Of a DNA stretch of 36,959 nt, positions 1 to 12,000 are shown in pieces. The notes under the pieces are model-generated. The model did not search any database and was not told the DNA's origin. It saw only the letters and a program-made list of their open reading frames with translations. The position numbers and the translations under genes are program-made. The stretch is from Raillietiella orientalis (taxonomy: Eukaryota). The number at the start of each line of letters is the position of its first letter. Position 1 is the first letter of the stretch. The DNA is taken from the NCBI GenBank assembly GCA_036172245.1, contig JAYWIR010000039.1:1984001-2020959 (forward strand). The letters run 5' to 3'.

Positions 1-94
1 GCTTTTCTTCTAAACATTGCCGCAATCGGAGGGAATTTCATCCAAGAAGCTGACAACTGGAGGTCATTTCCAAAGTGCCTGCAGGATTGTCGAG

Positions 95-3000
95 ATGTGT
101 GCGTGGATTGTCGGAATCTTCCTCATGTTTCAGGCCATGCAGGGAGAAGCAGCAAACACAACCTCAAGACACCAATCTCGTAAGTAAGGAGTGCTTCCGA
201 AGACCTCTGCGCGATTTCTCTTGACGCTATTCCGAACGCACAATCACACGCATCCATCCATACATACACCTACTCACACACACCTCTCACCCACACATCC
301 ACACACACATTCACAACCGCGACACCACACGAACCGACTTGGGAGAGCTGCAGTGGCACACAAACCAAGAAAAGAAAAAAAAAAGAACGAAAGACATAGG
401 AGCCGAACACCTCTGAGATGTCCTTCTTCCCGAGTGTACCTTGCTTTCCACTTGTTTCTCCCCGATCCTTCCCTCTGCATGCGGGAAACGTATGACCAAC
501 TCATTCGGCGATCGAAACCATTCCTGTTGAAAGCATCCCTGAAAGCACACCAACTGAATGCGTGCAATTGCAAATTCGCAGACAGTGTGAAGCGATGCCA
601 CCAAATGACAATTTCTTCGACGGGCACGATTTTCGTGGCAAACGCAAATGGACTTTCGGCATCACGAGAGAGTACTCATCATTTCGTCATTCTCTTCAGG
701 ATCACTGATGAATGTAGTGCGGATACAAAACTCGCCTTGCTTCGCGAACTCGCGCAACGGGACGTGCCTTACTGCAGGAGAGTGCAGGAATGCCGGCGGT
801 ATGAGGAATGGGCAATGTGCCCTGGGAATCGGCGTATGCTGCATAGGTAAGCCACGAAATGATCACATATGGAAAATGGTCAAACTTCCAAAGTGATACT
901 TGGATGCGGGCGAAGTGCAAGAGTAAACAATACCTACTTCGAGAACACGACGGACATCCTGACGACCGGAGGGACATGCCAAGCGTCGGTCCAGAAACTG
1001 AACTCGCGTATTCAGCAATTCAGGTGAGGAAGGGGGAACTGTTCGAACCCATAGGGGGATCTCTGAGCAAAGGATGACCTTATGGATTCGGTTCCATTCA
1101 AATGTTGAGTACCGAGCTGAAAGAGCTCGTAGGCAACTCTATGAGGCCTGAATCCGCTGCGTAATGGAGAAGGACGCGAGTCTCGCTCGTTGGGAACGAG
1201 CTGCTCGTCTTCTCACAGCGGGAGGGAGCGCACAGATCCTGGAATGGTTGCCCCTCACTATCGAATCAAGATGGTGTTCAGTGCTTGAGAGGTTTGGTAG
1301 ATGTGAGCAGCAACTTATCCTTGGATATTCATTTCACCCTCGATGGTTCCCAACTGTCAGCCAAATGCGGCTGTGCCGATGACCTGCTCAACTCCTGGCA
1401 TGACTTTTGAGGTGAAGGAGCCAAATTGCGGTTTCGCCTGAGACCCCTCCCGGCAACACGATCCGAAAGGCCGTCCACCGATGACGGTCAGCCGACACAG
1501 TGGAAAACACGAACGTTTAGGCGGTTGGGGAAATCGTGTCCACGGGAAGCACGTCCAGTTACATGCCATGTCAGGGACTTTTCCTCTGCAGGTTCATGAC
1601 CGGCCTCATGCTGTAGGGCGAAGTGCTACTTGAGGATACTGTTGCGTGCCGCAACAGCTTCCGTGGAGGTACGCATGCTGGAAAGGAATTTTTCCACTCA
1701 AGTGGAAGGACAGTGCATAAATGGGAGTCTTCGTGCAGTTCTGCTCCTGTGAGAATCGCGCACGAACGTCCCTGAAATTTGAGCCGGCAAAACGCGAAAA
1801 TGAAGGATAAGTTGAGCTCCAGCACAGAAATACTCGTACTTGGGAACCATAGGGAAACAGAACACGTGTAAAGGAAAGCAAGTGCAAAGGGAAGCACATA
1901 CTGCGGCGGAAGACACCGCAGGAGGCTTTTTTCTGGGAGAAACGTTGCGTGCTCTAAGAACAGTCACTCTCAGGAGCTGCCTGAAGGGTTCCCGGCTGAT
2001 CGCATTTCTTCCTCACGAAATTCCCTCTCGCACCCGCTCTGTGGGCTTCCTGCTATGTTGTCGAAGGCTACTCCACGGTGGCAAAGAAGGGGCTCAGAGG
2101 AGAAATCGTTTCTCAAGCACCTGTGAATTTCAGGATCGAACTACAGCCACTGACTCTTCGATCAGCAGTCGCTGCAACCGGGCAGTGCGACCCGGATTCG
2201 CTGGTGATAACGCCCATGGGCAGCGGATCTTTTCAGAGCATCCCATCGTCGATTTGCGGACCGAATCCGAACAATCACCGTAAGTAACTCTTTTCGACAC
2301 CGGAAAGTGGCAATAAGCAGCACGTCCCCTATTCGTGGGAGACCGTAATCATAACATGCCGCTGAATGCACTACGCCTTCCAAACAGCGCCGCCAATCTT
2401 TGGCGCAGTATGACTCTTGAAGATCGTCTGTTCGCTTTGTGTGTGCGGCACCACAAAGGCCAATGCGACTCTTTCGGAGATCCGCCGTCCACCTCACGCG
2501 CGCGCGTTGCGATGTCGCTTCCCGAGCAACGCGTTTCTCTTGCCGTGCTGTTATTTGCTGCCTGCTCTTGCTGACATAAGAGGGCAGGGATTGATTACGT
2601 TGCGAGGGGCAACTCCAAGGAACAGTCCTGATGAAATCGGAGCCCAACGTCTCGGGAAATGTTAGTTCATCCGCGGCGCTGATCTCGTGCTGAGGTGGCT
2701 AGCTATCTGGAGTGAATTAGGGGAAGAGATGGAGGTTGGGGAAACACTTTCGGAGGATTTCTGCACCCTCGATACTCCTTCCTGCCTTTGTGAATCTGTT
2801 AGAGTCCTGAAGTGAATTCTGACAAGTGAATGCCACTGCCGCCTTTGCCTACGTTGCATGCCGGCCGGTGTCCGCTGATATGAACCAGCAGTGCAGTGGT
2901 CGTGGACAGATATCCGTGAAGTTGCTCGGGTTACTTGCCGAAACTGCTTGACTGAAGTACAGTCAGGAGACCCAGGACTCCCTTTCCAGCTGCGATAGTG

Positions 3001-4248
3001 AAGCCCGTCCTTTTCTATTTTAGTGTACGTGAGGATGGACGCTGCAACTACGGGAGTTGCGCTCGTCATCACGGTTGCTGCTGCGATGGCTGGGGAAGCA
3101 AGATCCTGGTCCATCCGCGTGTTGCAGATTGAATCCAGATCCGCGTATCTGGGTAAGTGGATGGAGCTGTCTCATTGCATGCTTCGTCGAAGTTGCTACC
3201 GAAGCAACGAAAGCGCTTCCCTTCCTGTTCCGCGCGCGGAAGGAGGTTGTGTAGTTGGAGTGGCCACCGGGAATGTCCCTTTTCGCGTACCACCTCACCG
3301 CAAGACAGGGAATGTTCAAATGAATGGGAAGTGCGGAGCAAAGATACCTTGTGCATGCCGTAGTGGAGAAAAAAGAATGCTGTCATGGAAAGAGCAGCAA
3401 GTTTCTCGGGGACTCGCCTTGGATTTAGGAATGCGATCGGGTGGGGTTTGGGGTGACGTTTGGGGTTTTCTGTTCTGAAGGAGGCATTTCCCGCCTTTTG
3501 GTTTCTGCTGAGGTCGGTCGACTCCAAAACCAGGGTTGGTTTTGCAGCTTTCTTTACGCTGAATTTATCTGTGTAACAGCAGACATTTTGAAAGAAATGA
3601 AGAGTTTGTGGCAAATTATATTTTGAAATGCATGCCGATTTCTCTTTCACGGAATTTCCTTTCGTATCCCCAAAACGACGCGAATAGGGTGCAGAGTATT
3701 CAAAGTGTTTGTTTATTTCCAGCTCCCATTGGATGCCTTCAGTACTTCCTTGAGGCCACAGGTACGATCACCTCCTTTGGCTGGATGAACAGCGTTATGT
3801 CGGTTTTGAATACCAACCTGGAATACGCGATGTGCGTGAGGCGTACCCCTACAGCTAGGGCGTTGTGCCTGACTGCAATGCCCAACGCAGTTACAGTTGG
3901 TTTCTCGATTGACGCGACTGCTGCGCCTTCCTTGAGCAACAGTGCATTTGCAAATTGTATGGACGATGCCTTTATCATCCCTTGCGGTGATACTAGGGCT
4001 AATGTACTTATGGCCAGCCCAATGTGCACACAAGAGCGTTTCTGCGGGGCTTGGCTAAATGCTGTAACTGCGACGGATGCAGCATCTGAAGTGTGCAGTA
4101 AGATGACGTTCAGTGTAGGTTTCTGTAGTGATTTGCACTTTCAGCTGCCGTATTCCCATTTATGCTGCACATCAAAACAAACAACGTTGTGGCTGGTATG
4201 GCGATGAACGCTGGTTTCAACCTGGTGTACACTCAAGAGTCTTCGTGA
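95..4248 (+). CDS. Secreted CUB-like domain protein (signal peptide, Cys-rich N-terminal module, two CUB-like domains); 7 exons: 95-179, 700-846, 894-1023, 2134-2279, 3024-3152, 3723-4097, 4145-4248
   Basis: All six introns are GT..AG and phase-compatible; exon lengths sum to 1116 nt (371 aa + TGA). Translation: MCAWIVGIFLMFQAMQG (signal-like), VVRIQNSPC..NGTCLTAGEC..GG..GQCALGIGVCC, GCG..NNTYFEN, ICGPNPNNHLYV, RSWSIRVLQI, APIGCLQYF, RFCG, PFMLH..GFNLVYTQ. These match the motif order I recall for the arthropod CUB-domain family. Confidence 0.9.
238..330. repeat. Imperfect CA-rich microsatellite / low-complexity tract in intron 1
   Basis: cacacgcatccatccatacatacacc..cacacacacc..cacacacac. Confidence 0.7.
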
Positions 4249-4270
4249 TCTGCTGGTATCTCTTATAGGA

Positions 4271-4276
4271 AATAAA
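4271..4276 (+). promoter_or_regulatory. Polyadenylation signal of the CUB-like gene
   Basis: AATAAA 22 nt after the TGA stop at 4246-4248. Confidence 0.6.
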
Positions 4277-4469
4277 AGTTTGCTCTGTACCTTACTTGGG
4301 TTCTCATGGGAATGTGACTGTTGCCATTAGACGTTTGCAAGGATAATTGCTGTGAACCACATGAAGTGGGCGTGATGCGGCTTGAGGATGGTCATGTATT
4401 CGGTGTAGGCAGGCACTTTAAGGTGGAAAATGAATTATTCGCCGCTGCAATGTTGCTGCTGCTTGCGTG

Positions 4470-5827
4470 ATTTAGGAAGAGCTGAGGTAACCTCGAGGAT
4501 GGTTCGGCGGGATGAAGTCAACGTAAAGGTCAGATCGACTAGCCTTACAATATTTTTTATATCGAGCTCCGAGGATTTTATAAACCCGGGTAATACTTGT
4601 TTGTTTCGCATTTTTTTTACAAGTGAAATGAACAAACGAATCGATGACAGGCTCAATAAGTGTACTTGCAATTTGCGTATGGTCCACATGCGGTGAGGTG
4701 GTTGGACAAGGCTCCCAAGGTCGCAGTGGTCGGGAGTTGCGAAACATACGGGACGGAAGGGATCTGCACTGAACGAATGAACGGGCAAGAAGCCACGGTC
4801 CAGACTGAATTTCACGATAGAGGGAGACCTGTGTGGTGTAATCGCTACAGAGGTGTATTCTCATCCCCGTTTCCTTCAAGCAAGACACGGAAGCGAGTTT
4901 CTGGACATCGCGGAAAACGCGGACATCACAGTCGCGAACGGGAAAGGGAGAGAGGGACCTGGACGGATTCTCACGGTGATTGCTCTTGTTGGAATCGCAT
5001 ATCAGGTGCAGCGGGTGGCTGGGCACCTTCCCTCGGGATGAAACGGAGAGCGAATCCGGCATGCAGATGCATTTATCCCCTGTTGCCGAGGTCAGCACGA
5101 AGGGCTGTAGTACCAACCTCTAGAGAGAAAAAGGCGATCATGAAGGGAGTTAGGAACAAGAAGCTGGTGCGTTCCCTATTTCGCCTTCGAAGTTGCCGGA
5201 GGAAAGGGGTTATGACGGCGACAGGCTCGGAAGGATAGCTGCCCCCATTGAACCAATAGACATTCCGCCAGCAGTGCCATGCCGACAAGATTCCGCCTTG
5301 CACAGCGGGCACTCGAATTGTTCTCTCAGAGCGTACCCCACCCGCGCAACGCACCGGTTGCAATGCTCGCCCGCCGCTCGTCACCAAGGGGCACGCCGTC
5401 GTTTCTGTAATCGGGCGAAATGGGCACGCGCCCCCCGAGCTTCCATCCTCCAGCTCACCCTTATTCTCCGCGTGACCTCCCTTCCTGCATACCTGTGCTG
5501 GAGCATGGCCGAGCCGAACTTGTGTACCTTCACCTGGCAGGTGCATCCAGCCTCCACGACCTCGGGTGTGCTGACAAAGTACGTGTTGTTAGCTGAAATG
5601 GTGCAGTTGCACATGATGAGCACTGTGATTCGGATGAAGGGTGCGAATGGCTGGAGCAGCCGGGTGGCTGGCGTGCCTCGTCTGTGCACCATAGCCGAAG
5701 ACGAATGCGTAGCTATCCACGAAGTTGCGCTTGCGAACGGTGCAGCTGCGGTGAGAGAGGCAGGTGCCCTGAAGATCGCCCGCTGGGCATTCCTGATGCT
5801 GCAGACGCACAATCGCCAGCAGCGAAA
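4470..5827 (-). pseudogene. Decayed paralog of the CUB-like gene; exon homologs at about 5681-5827, 5493-5622, 4975-5117, about 4665-4768 and a remnant near 4470-4500
   Basis: Minus-strand peptides SLLAIVRLQHQECPAGDLQGTCLSHRSC (exon 2-like), MCNCTISANNTYFVST..CTCQVKVHK..QHR (130 nt, same length and phases as exon 3), LQPFVLTSA..CMPDSL..ICDSNKSNH (exon 4-like) and RMWTIRKLQ (exon 5-like). Signs of decay: GVCC is replaced by GYGA, there is no GT donor after the exon 2 homolog, the exon 5 homolog is frameshifted, and exons 6-7 are mostly unrecognisable. Confidence 0.8.
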
Positions 5828-6329
5828 CTGCGGAAGAGGAAGGAGATGCATGCCTTAGGTCAGACCGATGCTCCGTGCCGGATGCACGCCGCTCCCGAGG
5901 GAGGCTGTCTGGCGAGTGCAGGCACGGGGTGTGTGCCCCAAGGAAAAGCGAAGGAGAGGCGAGACACGATGAACCGCCCACTGCCGGTGTCCGCTGAGAT
6001 GGCGCCGCGAGAAACCAGAAGAACGCCTATGGACCGTTTATACAGAGGAGGGGACTATCGGAGGGATGCTGCCCGCGGCGACACCGCGATGCGGGTGCGC
6101 TCGTGCGCGCGACACGGCCGAATCTTCTCTCCTGCACTCCACCCCTTCTATGCGGAAAGGAATTCACGACACTGCCCGGCATGAAGTTGTTTCCCGGTCA
6201 CTTTGGGACGCCTATTTTCATAAAACAGCTGCAAACCGTTGTTTCCAGCCGATAACTACGAAAACCATCACTCAAAGACACCACTGTCACGCAGGCCAGC
6301 AAAACGGTAGATCCGAAACGGGTGGGGGA

Positions 6330-8720
6330 CGAGGGGACTGAGAACAAAAAACAACAGCCTAAATGGGAGAAAGGGCCATCTCTCCTTTTCGCCTACTACG
6401 CAGCCGAAAAGGAGAGAGAAAAAATAAGGGAAGCACTCATAAACTGCGGAGCGGATGGGAGGTGGGTCGCAAAAACAAAAAAGGGATTGAGGGGAATGGA
6501 CGTGGATCACCGGGATCGCCGTACCAAACCGTATGTAATCCGGCTATGGATGCCTGTGAGTTCTTTGGTTATGTCTTCGCTCAAGTCAACCTAACAGATG
6601 CGCTAATGAGATCGGCTGCCTTTCTGGTGACCCGACATCGCTGCCGAGTTTTCTCCAGCACGTTTTGGACGGTGACGATAGAGTGGATGCAACGAACGGT
6701 CGAGATCTTCGCTGCCATCGAAAGTCCTTGTGGCTGGAAGAACCGCCGTAGCACTTCACGAGCGGTGCACTCCGGTAGCAGGAGTACTGCAGCCAGTCTT
6801 CGGTTGAGTTTGTGGAGGGCACCGCATTCGACCAGAAGGTGCGGGAACGACTCGGACATTTCGCATTGGTAACAATAAGGTGAAGCCACCCTACCGGAAA
6901 CACGGTGCCGCCTCTCATTTAGCGCCAACCCCAGTGCGAGAAGAGCAAAACGTCCTGCCTCCAGGCGAAAGGGAAACACCGACTCGTCCAAGGAGCAGGG
7001 AAAGACTGTGAGTTCGTATGGAGCAACACCAAGAACTTCTCCCCACCGAAGGAGTTCCTTTACCGTAGCTCGAGGAGTGGGAGAATCCGCCAGCTCGCTC
7101 TTCTCCCATTCGCCGAGGAGTTTTCTTCTTCCTGCGATGGTTCAGGAGAAATCCCACCTCGTTGGTTTGTTGCTGTTTTTCCTTTCTCCGAGGTCAGACA
7201 GCGCTTCGGCGAGGGGCGTGGTGGCCAGACAGGAAACTTTCACCTCGTCCAGCATCACATCTTGGAGGGTCCATGGTAGGAATTGACGCAGTGGGCGGAG
7301 ATCTTCGGGGCTCATTCCCTGGAATGCATCCCAGGAATCAACAGATTCCTGCCGCCAAGCATTGTAGTTTATTGGGCGACAGGAAATCCACGAATTGGCG
7401 TCCAGCTGTGTGGCGAGTTGCCTCAAAGGATAGCCAAACCCCTGTTTTCTGTGGCGCCTGCCCGGCACCAAGGAAGGAAGTTCTTCACTGCCGGCACACC
7501 TCCGTGAGAGGATCCGCGCAGGCGCACAGAGCGGGGAAGTGCAGAGCTCGGCACACAGTGCCAGCATCCGGAACTGAACTTGCAGTCCGATCTGCTCCCT
7601 CGTAGGGATGGCCAGGCCTGCATCGCGACGTGGTGCCATGACTTCTTTGAGGCAGATCCTGGATTGCGCTGGACCCCCAAGGGTGTTTAGTAGTAGGCGT
7701 TTATTCCGCTCTTTGGCCGCGTAGGGAGGTCCCAAAACAGAAAACAGGGGTGGGAGGAAGAGGTGCGCGAGGCTATTCCAAATTGCTGCTTGTACCGGCA
7801 AGGTAAACTTGCCATTAATGAGCGGGCTGGAGGCCAACACTGCCTTATGAAGGCAGTGCGACCACGGCTAGGCAGCGCCGAGGTCGTCCAACGAAACATC
7901 AAGGTACCTCAAGTACCCGTCCGTGGAGATCCCCAGGCGGATACAGTCGGACTGCCCCTTGCATGACGCTCCCACAGGAACGACAACGCTCTTATTTTTG
8001 TTTACGCTCACAACCGCTCCCCTACTAGTTAAATCGGAGAAGTCTTCGACACTGGAAGGCAGAGTAGACATGGGGAGCAGAAGAAGCAGGTCATCTGCAT
8101 AGGCAGCCACGGCACGCATTCCCGGGCCAGAGCTAGGCAGGTGCTCCAGAGTCAGACTGTACGCCCACATCACCAACTGAAAGAAGATGCTGAAGAGCAA
8201 CGGGCTTAAACTGTTGCACTGTCTGATGCCCTTCCCCGCTGGAATACCGTACATGTGGCATGCACTAAAAGAAGCACACGTAAGAGCGTGGACCCAGGAA
8301 GAGCGTAAGTGGTTAAGAAGTTGCCAGGCATGAAGTGGGCGGCGGAAGCAAACGCTACCTGCCATCCTAAACGATGGTTACCTTCGTTCTGCATCGGAAA
8401 AACCGTGTGCGGTCGACATGGTCCCATGCATCCTTCTCTACTGACAGGCTTCTTCCGATTGGGAGAGAATCACCCGCACCTGCGAGAGCTTCGGAAAAGG
8501 AAGGTGTCATCGGGCTCGAAAGCGGCGGCGACCTCTTCGGCGCGCTCGAGGAAAACGGTGGCACCTACCGGAGAACAAGCGCCGCACCACTTCTCGCAAT
8601 CGGTCGATGTCATGATTGTCCTGCCGCCTTGCCCAAACGAGCACACGAACGTTCCTCGAGAGAAGGTCACTCTCTCGAGAGCTCCCGTCCAAACGCAGCT
8701 TTGAATGAGCAGGAAAGCCT
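6330..8720 (-). mobile_element. 5'-truncated, decayed non-LTR retrotransposon (L1/Tx1-like) ORF2: RT core plus C-terminal zinc finger
   Basis: EKDAWDHVD (KAFDRVD-like, about 8410-8440), GIRQCNSLSPLLF (about 8195-8235), YADD (8090-8101), YLRYLD, APRRDAGLAIP, and CYQCEMSESFPHLLVEC (about 6825-6876). Several stops and frameshifts; ends are approximate. Confidence 0.85.
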
Positions 8721-9029
8721 TACGCGATGTGGGATCGTCGCCTCTCCTTCCGGTGCTGCTGTCGCTCTCGGGTTTGCCCTCCGACATGGCTGTCAGGCAT
8801 AATTGCGTGGCGGAAACGAAGATCAGGGGATGAATATCCTTGCGGAGGAGGAGAGCGGTAGCTGGATCAGTATCTGAACCTTCCTCGAGCACGCGAAGGA
8901 TGCCTCTAGCGGAAGGTGCCTGGCCCTAGTAGTCCGTATATATGCGGGGGCTGCTCCTCCAGCTAACCATCGCTCCTTTTCCGAGATCTCCGGAAAGGGG
9001 CGCGAGATTTCCGCGTTTTCCCGTTGTTT

Positions 9030-12000
9030 TCTTTTTGTTTTGAGCGTGTGCGCTTCCTTTTTTTGTTGTTTGTTCCTCCTGTTCCCCATCACGGGAGGTA
9101 CCATCTATTCTCCTTTCGTCTCCTTTCGATTCTCTCAACTGGTTTTGATCGATTTAGAAGCGCGTTGAAAACGTCCGTTGCGAGCCGTCGCGATCTTCCG
9201 GGGGTTCCCGGCCTAAGGCGCCTCCGAACGTCGGGCCGACCACTGTTGGAGCAGCGCGAAACCAACAGCCGGCGAGGCGGAAAAGAGGATCTCGGGAGCG
9301 GAAGTCAAAGAGGGGTAGGAGCGCTCGTACGTTTGCGGTGAGCATGCGCAGGGAGGCTGTCTGCATCCATCAGGATTTCGATCCCTCTTTGGCAGGGCGC
9401 GTGGGACAACCATGCTCTTCCTGAACCGTAGCGACTGCTCCCTTCTCCCATGGAACGGAGGTCCCTTTGCTCATGGTGAGCGGTGGCGAAAGAGTGCATC
9501 GTGTCGGTTGAAGGATCACCAAACGTAGGTGTTGGAATCGCAGTCTTTTTCTTCGCGCGATTCGACCTCCTCGTTGAGGATTTCCCTGCCACGGACGCTT
9601 TCTACAATTCGGCCTGCAGTTTAAGCCACTTTCTTCTACTGCATACCGTGCCCCTTAATGAGACCGGGTGCTGTGGGAAACGCATCCCTTGAAAAGCTCT
9701 TTCCTCCGATCCACAGACAAGACACCCCTGTCGAGGAAGGCTGCTGCGCGGCTCGGAAGTTTTCAGCACGGCTCCCTCTTTCTCGATGGAAAGAGCAACC
9801 AGCCAGAGGCGAAGAGCAGCCTCCCGGCGATGATGATGCACGGTACCAAGGGTGCATGAAGAGTCCCAGCGGAACACGCGCACGTAGAAAGGTACGACAT
9901 CCGAGATACCAAATATGCTCTTTCCTGTGGATGCACCCTAGTTCCAAGGTAGCGGACAAAAGTGGCAATCTTTAGATACCTCCACCGCAATGGAACAGGA
10001 TCTTCGGCCAGATTGGAAAACCCAACGATACTCACATCCAGCATCCGCGGTTGAAGCACCAGAAGGGCTCCCAAAGAAAAGGCAACCCTTGTGGAGGAAC
10101 CTCCTCCTACTGTGGAAATTACATTTTCAATTCTGGAAATATTTCCAGCATTTCAGTCTGGCGTCCCGCAGCGCCAACGCGCACTTTGAGCAACAAACAG
10201 GATTACGGGGCGCAGCCACGTTAATGCCTTCGTACCCGCCCGGTTGAGAGCATCGGAGACTCCAGGGAACGGAGGTGTTAGACCAAAAGTAGAAGAATGG
10301 CAAGGTGGTTCCCGCCGTGCTCCAGGAGGAGGATAAGCTGCGTCCAACATTCGTGCGAGTAAAGGAACCGACGATGGCAGCAAAGTCGACCCATCGTACG
10401 GCGTCTTCCCATCCACCAACCGTCGAAAGCGGACCGAGCATAACCGACGACTACCACGTAGCCAAGTGCTCTGTGATGAAAAAGCGAGGTCTCCGTCCCA
10501 TCCAGAGATAAAAGGTCGTTTTGATCTTTTCTTTTCGATCTGCAAGCAGCACGACAGTTGCAATTCTTGTTAGAATCTCCAGTTCGCAGCGATACTTTAG
10601 CGTCAACCAAAATGTATTTCGCGCGAAATCTAGCGACCGTGACGCACGGAATCCTCGCATCCCGTCCCTACTTTGGCTCGGATTCGAAAACAAGGAAGAA
10701 GAAAAAAAAACGCCTATTGATTCTTACGCGAACGCATGTCCTCCGCAGGCAGCAGACCTCCGCGAAATCGCTTCTGAGATCGGCTCGCCGGCTTCAGCAA
10801 GGGAAGCAGCATCTTGAGAAGGGCAACTTTCATCCCGACGGGAGCAACGTCGCCTAAGAGGTGCGGGTCGCCCAGCCGGATGCGGTTGTACCACCGCTTT
10901 CTCGCCGCCGGCATCCACGATCGAGCGCAATCTCGGTCAGGGGAAAAGAAAATAAAGAGACGGAAAGCAAGGGCTCCAGTTGACACACAAGACCTTGCTC
11001 CGGAAGGCACGAAGTACGCGCGGCGGGAAGTTTCGGAACCCACGGACCGCCCCTTCCCAACGGACAGGGCGCATCCTCGAATAGGCGAGCCTGAGACGCG
11101 GGCGTTCCTGCGAGCCTGGTGGACGCCTCCCGCTCAACAAGTCGCGCACGCGTCGAGCGGTGCAGCATCGCCGGTGGCAGAAGAAGCAGCAGCTCCTCTT
11201 TCCCCGCGGTGCGTCCAGACGGCAGTAGATGGTACGTGTACGTGCATGCGCGCACCCCGGTCGTCGCCACCTGCATCCAGCGACAGCTGTCATGCTCTCT
11301 GCAGACCGCTCGCGCGCGCATTCACAACTAAGCGCCTCCTTCCCGAGGGAGACCCCTCGTCGCATTCCCCATCCCACCGAGAAGCATCCGGTTGGCCCGA
11401 GGGCGCATGCCTGAAGGCGCTTTTGTCCCTCGTCGATACCGGGAATGGAACTTCCGCCTTGTTTCCCCGGACAGCAAGCTGCCGGTGCTTTCCAGGGTTG
11501 CAGCGCGGGAAGGAAGCGGTAGCGCTTACCGTCTTCATCTCGCCATCCGCCGCGATTCGTCCGCGCAGCGCGCGCTTCGACTCCGACTGTTCCCCCTATT
11601 TCACCCTGCTGCCTCCGACCCCTATCGTGCGGGACGAAAAGCACCAAAAGAAACCCGCCCGCCGTGGAGAGATCGGCTGCTTATTCGGCTGTTCCTCGCG
11701 TCGTGCCTGATGCTACCCGCCACCTTCGGATAGCAGGTCATCCGCTTGCGACCTGGTCACCCCTCGCAAAGAGGGCAATTTCATGTCCCTTGTTGCGGAA
11801 TTCCCGGTGCGACAGTGGAGGCATGCCGGCCGGAGACGTGCCTGGAGGGGGGTGAGGGTCCTTTTTGAAACCGCGATTCCGAGTCTGCGCGGAGGCGAAG
11901 GTGCAGAGAGAGAGCGAGAAAAAAAATGGAATTTCTCGAGAGCTGGTGGCGCACAGACCGCGAGTCTCTCTTGGCGGACTGCTTGCTTGGCCCTGCAGCC

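Noticed and set aside
191..850. 219-aa ORF with His/Thr-rich start
   Set aside because: GTG start inside intron 1, produced by the CA-rich tract; it overlaps exon 2 in the wrong frame.
1600..3320. Minus-strand peptides resembling class A GPCR helices (VVAASILTYTKI, AVCASLCTCFPLHV, TPIYAL..LSGK..SCC)
   Set aside because: The TM5-like piece is the antisense shadow of CUB exon 5. The other pieces are in different frames and lack real DRY/NPxxY motifs. A decayed GPCR fragment in intron 3 cannot be excluded without a profile search.
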